Below are positions 60,350-64,000 of a stretch of DNA of 64,000 nt, in pieces. The DNA is from Mytilus edulis (taxonomy: Eukaryota): NCBI RefSeq assembly GCF_963676685.1, contig NC_092353.1:806001-870000 (forward strand), written 5' to 3'. The translations under genes were made by a program, and so were the position numbers. The stretch's first letter is position 1, and every line of letters starts with the position of its first letter. The notes beneath the pieces were generated by a model. The model saw nothing but the letters and a program-made list of their open reading frames with translations, was not told where the DNA came from and searched no databases.

Positions 60350-62468
60350 TATCCTTAAGCTCATCACAAAGCATGTTAATAAGAGCTTGTTCGATATGAC
60401 TGGTAACATGAAAAGTTCCTTTTTAATCAGTTTTTTTCCTTCATCAATACTACGTACTTAGTAGGACAGACTGTTTTTGGAGTGGTCTTTGTACACATCT
60501 GACTATAGATAAGATATTGATGAGAAGTGTCAAATCTTCTGCAGGTATTACCAAGGGCAGAGGAATGGGTGAATCACAACGAGCACAAAGCATACTATCT
60601 ATGCCAGCTTGTGCAGACTATTACAGTGCCATGCAAGATCTCACTGGTGTTGAATACTGTACTAGTGATCAGCACTAAGAAGCTACTCATGCAAGGAAAG
60701 AACGAGACAGGGTAGACACTCTTGCGATTCTTGAGTAGTGAGTACCTGAGAAATCCTTTTACTAATGATGTTTTACTTATAAATGGAACAGGTGTTAGGC
60801 AGAGCCTGATGTTATCGTTGATAAAGCGGAATGTATTGTAAATAAAAAGTTAAAATTCAGAAAAGGCGAAAAAGTTTTGAGTTATAGATCAAAGAAGTCA
60901 AACCAATCAATTACATTGTCAGCAAAACCTAAGACAAAGTCAGATTAAGACTTTCTAAATACGGATATAGATCCTCAGTTGATGTCCCAACGCCTGACCA
61001 CAGCATCTTATGGTCTCTTTGAAAACACATCCGAGGTATTCCAGTATGAATTATCCAGCGCTCCTTCTTCTATTTTTGATAGCAACCGACTACTTCGAAA
61101 GGCATGCAAGTCATACTTAGCTGATGCGATATGGGTATGTAGAAGTGATTGCATACATGAAAAAAGATGGTGAGGGTTTTCAGTATGTCCTTGATGGTGG
61201 ATGACTATTGTAACGACTTCCTTGGACACACGGTGAATCACTTGGAGACATTACACAAATGTATATTGACCATGTAGTCAGAAAGTACAAAGACCCTGTC
61301 ATTGTTTTTGACAGTTATCAAAAACTTCCTTCAATTAAAGATATACTAGTGAACACATTTGCATACAACAAAAGGCATCATTTCGCTGAACATCAATTTC
61401 ACCTCGTCTATGCATTGCAAGACTAGAAGGAAATTTTCATAATAAACAAGCTCTTATCAACATGCTTTGTGACAAGCTTAAGGATAATGACATTAGATTA
61501 AGAATGCAACTGATGATGCAGATCCTCTAATGACTCTCTTATTGCGCAAACAGCTATAGATTGTGCAGTGTCTTTAGAAGTTGTAGTAAGTGGTGAAGAT
61601 ACAGACTTATTAGTGTTACTCATTCATCATGTTAATCAGCGTACAAAAGGGTTATTTTTAAATCTGATAAAATGTCTATCAACAAAAATATGGAAAGTAC
61701 AACAGACTAAAGGATTTCTTTGGTAGGATGTTTGTAAAATGTTGCCTTTTTTGAATTTTATAACAGGTTGTGACTCACATCTAGGCTTTTTTAAAAGGCA
61801 AAGGACTTAGAACGCAACATTCTTCCCTGAAGAAAAGTCACATCCAGAGTAATTACCTGAAACACATCTTTTCAGGTGAAAAATTTACTACCATCATCAG
61901 ATTCAGGTCAATTTCATTGTGTCAGAGTGTAATATTAAACAAAAATGAATGTTAGAAGAAGTTGACATAGATCCTACAGACTATGGTTGGGAAACCAAAC
62001 ACAGAAACATTTTGATAGAACTTCCTCCTGCACCTGATAAACATTATCAGATACAACTGTCAGCAAAACTGCAACCTCAAACAATGTGTCTGTAGAAAAA
62101 AAATGGTCTTCAGTTGTCATTTACTTTTTTATCATCATCCGTTTTGGTCAATAAGACTTTTTACCTCTCATTATGCATGTTATGCATGATCAACACAACT
62201 TTCGCTTAAAATATTTTATTGGTTGAAATATTATAAATTTAAGCATTTCACTTTTTCATATACAGAATATCACTTGATTTTCATTATCATCTTAAATGAT
62301 TATCTGAAAAACTATGAGTTTTTAAGTTTTGTGCAGTTTTTTGACGATTTTTTGCCAAATTTAGCTTTTTTCACCTCAAATCAGTTATTTTCATATTTGT
62401 TTTACAATGAATTTTGTTTGAACTGATTATTATTATACGAAGATCAGCATTTTTCTATTTTGGAATGG
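60350..62468 (+). mobile_element. Decayed AcademX-like transposase (XPG/PIN-like nuclease + Cys8 finger) and 3' terminal region
   Basis: Fragmented translation: LMRSVKSSAGITKGRGM, IDPQLMSQRL, FQYELSSAPSSIFD, YVLDGG*LL*RLPW, VIVFDSY, DDAD, VVSGEDTDLLVLL, TGCD, DPTDYGW, LPPAPD..CQQNC..CVCRK; many stops and frameshifts. Confidence 0.72.
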
Positions 62469-64000
62469 TCAATAAAGGGCAAATTAGTGGTTTAAATCAG
62501 AATCCACTAAGAGGCAATAAAGGGCAAATTATTAGTGTAAATCAGAATCCACTAAGAGGCAATAAAGGGCAAATTAGTGGTGTAAATCAGAATCCACTAA
62601 GAGGCAATAAAGGGCAAATTAGTAGTGTAAATCAGAATCCACTAAGAGGCAATAAAGGGCATATTAGTGGTGTAAATCAGAATCCACTGAGAGACAATAA
62701 AGGGCAAATTAGTAGTGTAAATCAGAATCCACTAAGAGGCAATAAAGGGCAAATTAGTAGTGTAAATCAGAATTCACTAAGAGGCAATAAAGGGCAAATT
62801 AGTGGTGTAAATCAGAATCCACTAAGGGACAATAAAGGGCAAATAAGTAGTGTAAATCAGAATCCACTAAGAGGCAATAAAGGGCAAATTAGTAGTGTAA
62901 ATCAGAATCCACTAAGAGGCAATAAAGGGCAAATTAGTGGTGTAAATCAGAATCCACTGAGGGACAATAAAGGGCAAATAAGTAGTGTAAATCAGAATCC
63001 ACTGAGGGGCAATAAAGGGCAAATTAGTGGTGTAAATCAGAATCCACTAAGAGGCAATAAAGGGCATATTAGTGGTGTAAATCAGAATCCACTAAGAGGC
63101 AATAAAGGGCAAATTAGTAGTGTAAATCAGAATCCACTAAGAGTCAATAAAGGGCAAATTAGTGGTGTAAATCAGAATCCACTTAGGGACAATAAAGGGC
63201 AAATAAGTAGTGTAAATCAGAATCCACTGAGGGGCAATAAAGGGCAAATTAGTGGTGTAAATCAGAATCCACTAAGAGGCAGTAAAGGGCAAATTAGTGG
63301 TGTAAATCAGAATCCACTAAGAGGCAATAAAGGGCAAATTAGTAGTGTAAATCAGAATCCACTAAGAGGCAATAAAGGGCAAATTAGTGGTGTAAATCAG
63401 AATCCACTGAGGGACAATAAAGGGCAAATAAGTAGTGTAAATCAGAATCCACTGAGGGTCAATAAAGGGCAAATTAGTGGTGTAAATCAGAATCCACTAA
63501 GAGGCAATAAAGGGCAAATTAGTGGTGTAAATCAGAATCAACTAAGAGGCAATAAAGGGCAAATTAGTAGTGTAAATCAGAATCCACTAAGAGGCAATAA
63601 AGGGCAAATTAGTGGTGTAAATCAGAATCCACTGAGGGACAATAAAGGGCAAATTAGTGGTGTAAATCAGAATCCACTAAGAGGCAATAAAGGGCAAATT
63701 AGTGGTGTAAATCAGAATCCACTAAGAGGCAATAAAGGGCAAATTAGTAGTGTAAATCAGAATCCACTAAGAGGCAATAAAGGGCAAATTAGTGGTGTAA
63801 ATCAGAATCCACTGAGGGACAATAAAGGGCAAATAAGTAGTGTAAATCAGAATCCACTGAGGGTCAATAAAGGGCAAATTAGTGGTGTAAATCAGAATCC
63901 ACTAAGAGGCAATAAAGGGCAAATTAGTGGTGTAAATCAGAATCCACTAAGAGGCAATAAAGGGCAAATTAGTGGTGTAAATCAGAATCCACTAAGAGGC
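62469..64000. repeat. 45-bp tandem array, >=34 copies, running off the window end
   Basis: CAATAAAGGGCAAATTAGTGGTGTAAATCAGAATCCACTAAGAGG units with point variants and no visible indels. Confidence 0.95.

Overview
AT-rich, repeat-dense animal genomic DNA. The repeat families and gene content point to a bivalve mollusc, probably a Mytilus-type mussel (inference). Five protein-coding genes can be supported. (1,2) Two tandem paralogous B-box + beta-propeller (TRIM/NHL-like, RING-less) genes on the minus strand, plus a trace of a third copy. (3) A 7-exon AP endonuclease APEX1 (minus, ~324 aa). (4) A single-coding-exon ankyrin-repeat/SOCS-box gene (plus), head-to-head with APEX1. (5) A 20-coding-exon ARMC2 orthologue (minus, ~878 aa). 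Mobile DNA includes a near-intact CR1/L2-group LINE carrying a nested Harbinger-type MITE, several Helentron/HINE-type satellite-bearing elements, assorted MITEs, two decayed AcademX-like (XPG + Cys8) transposons in inverted orientation, and an internally deleted Nimb/I-like retroposon with an 11-bp TSD. Two patterns stand out. First, exon sequence is repeatedly 'echoed' into the downstream intron at five exons in two unrelated genes, usually with its 5' splice donor; one case is a candidate in-frame mutually exclusive exon. Second, an unexplained cassette at 11.2-12.8 kb combines a perfect hairpin, a decayed SGNH-hydrolase ORF and a spaced array of six conserved GTGG-N6-CCAC stem-loops. Exon models were built by manual translation and splice-phase checking; no database searches were run.
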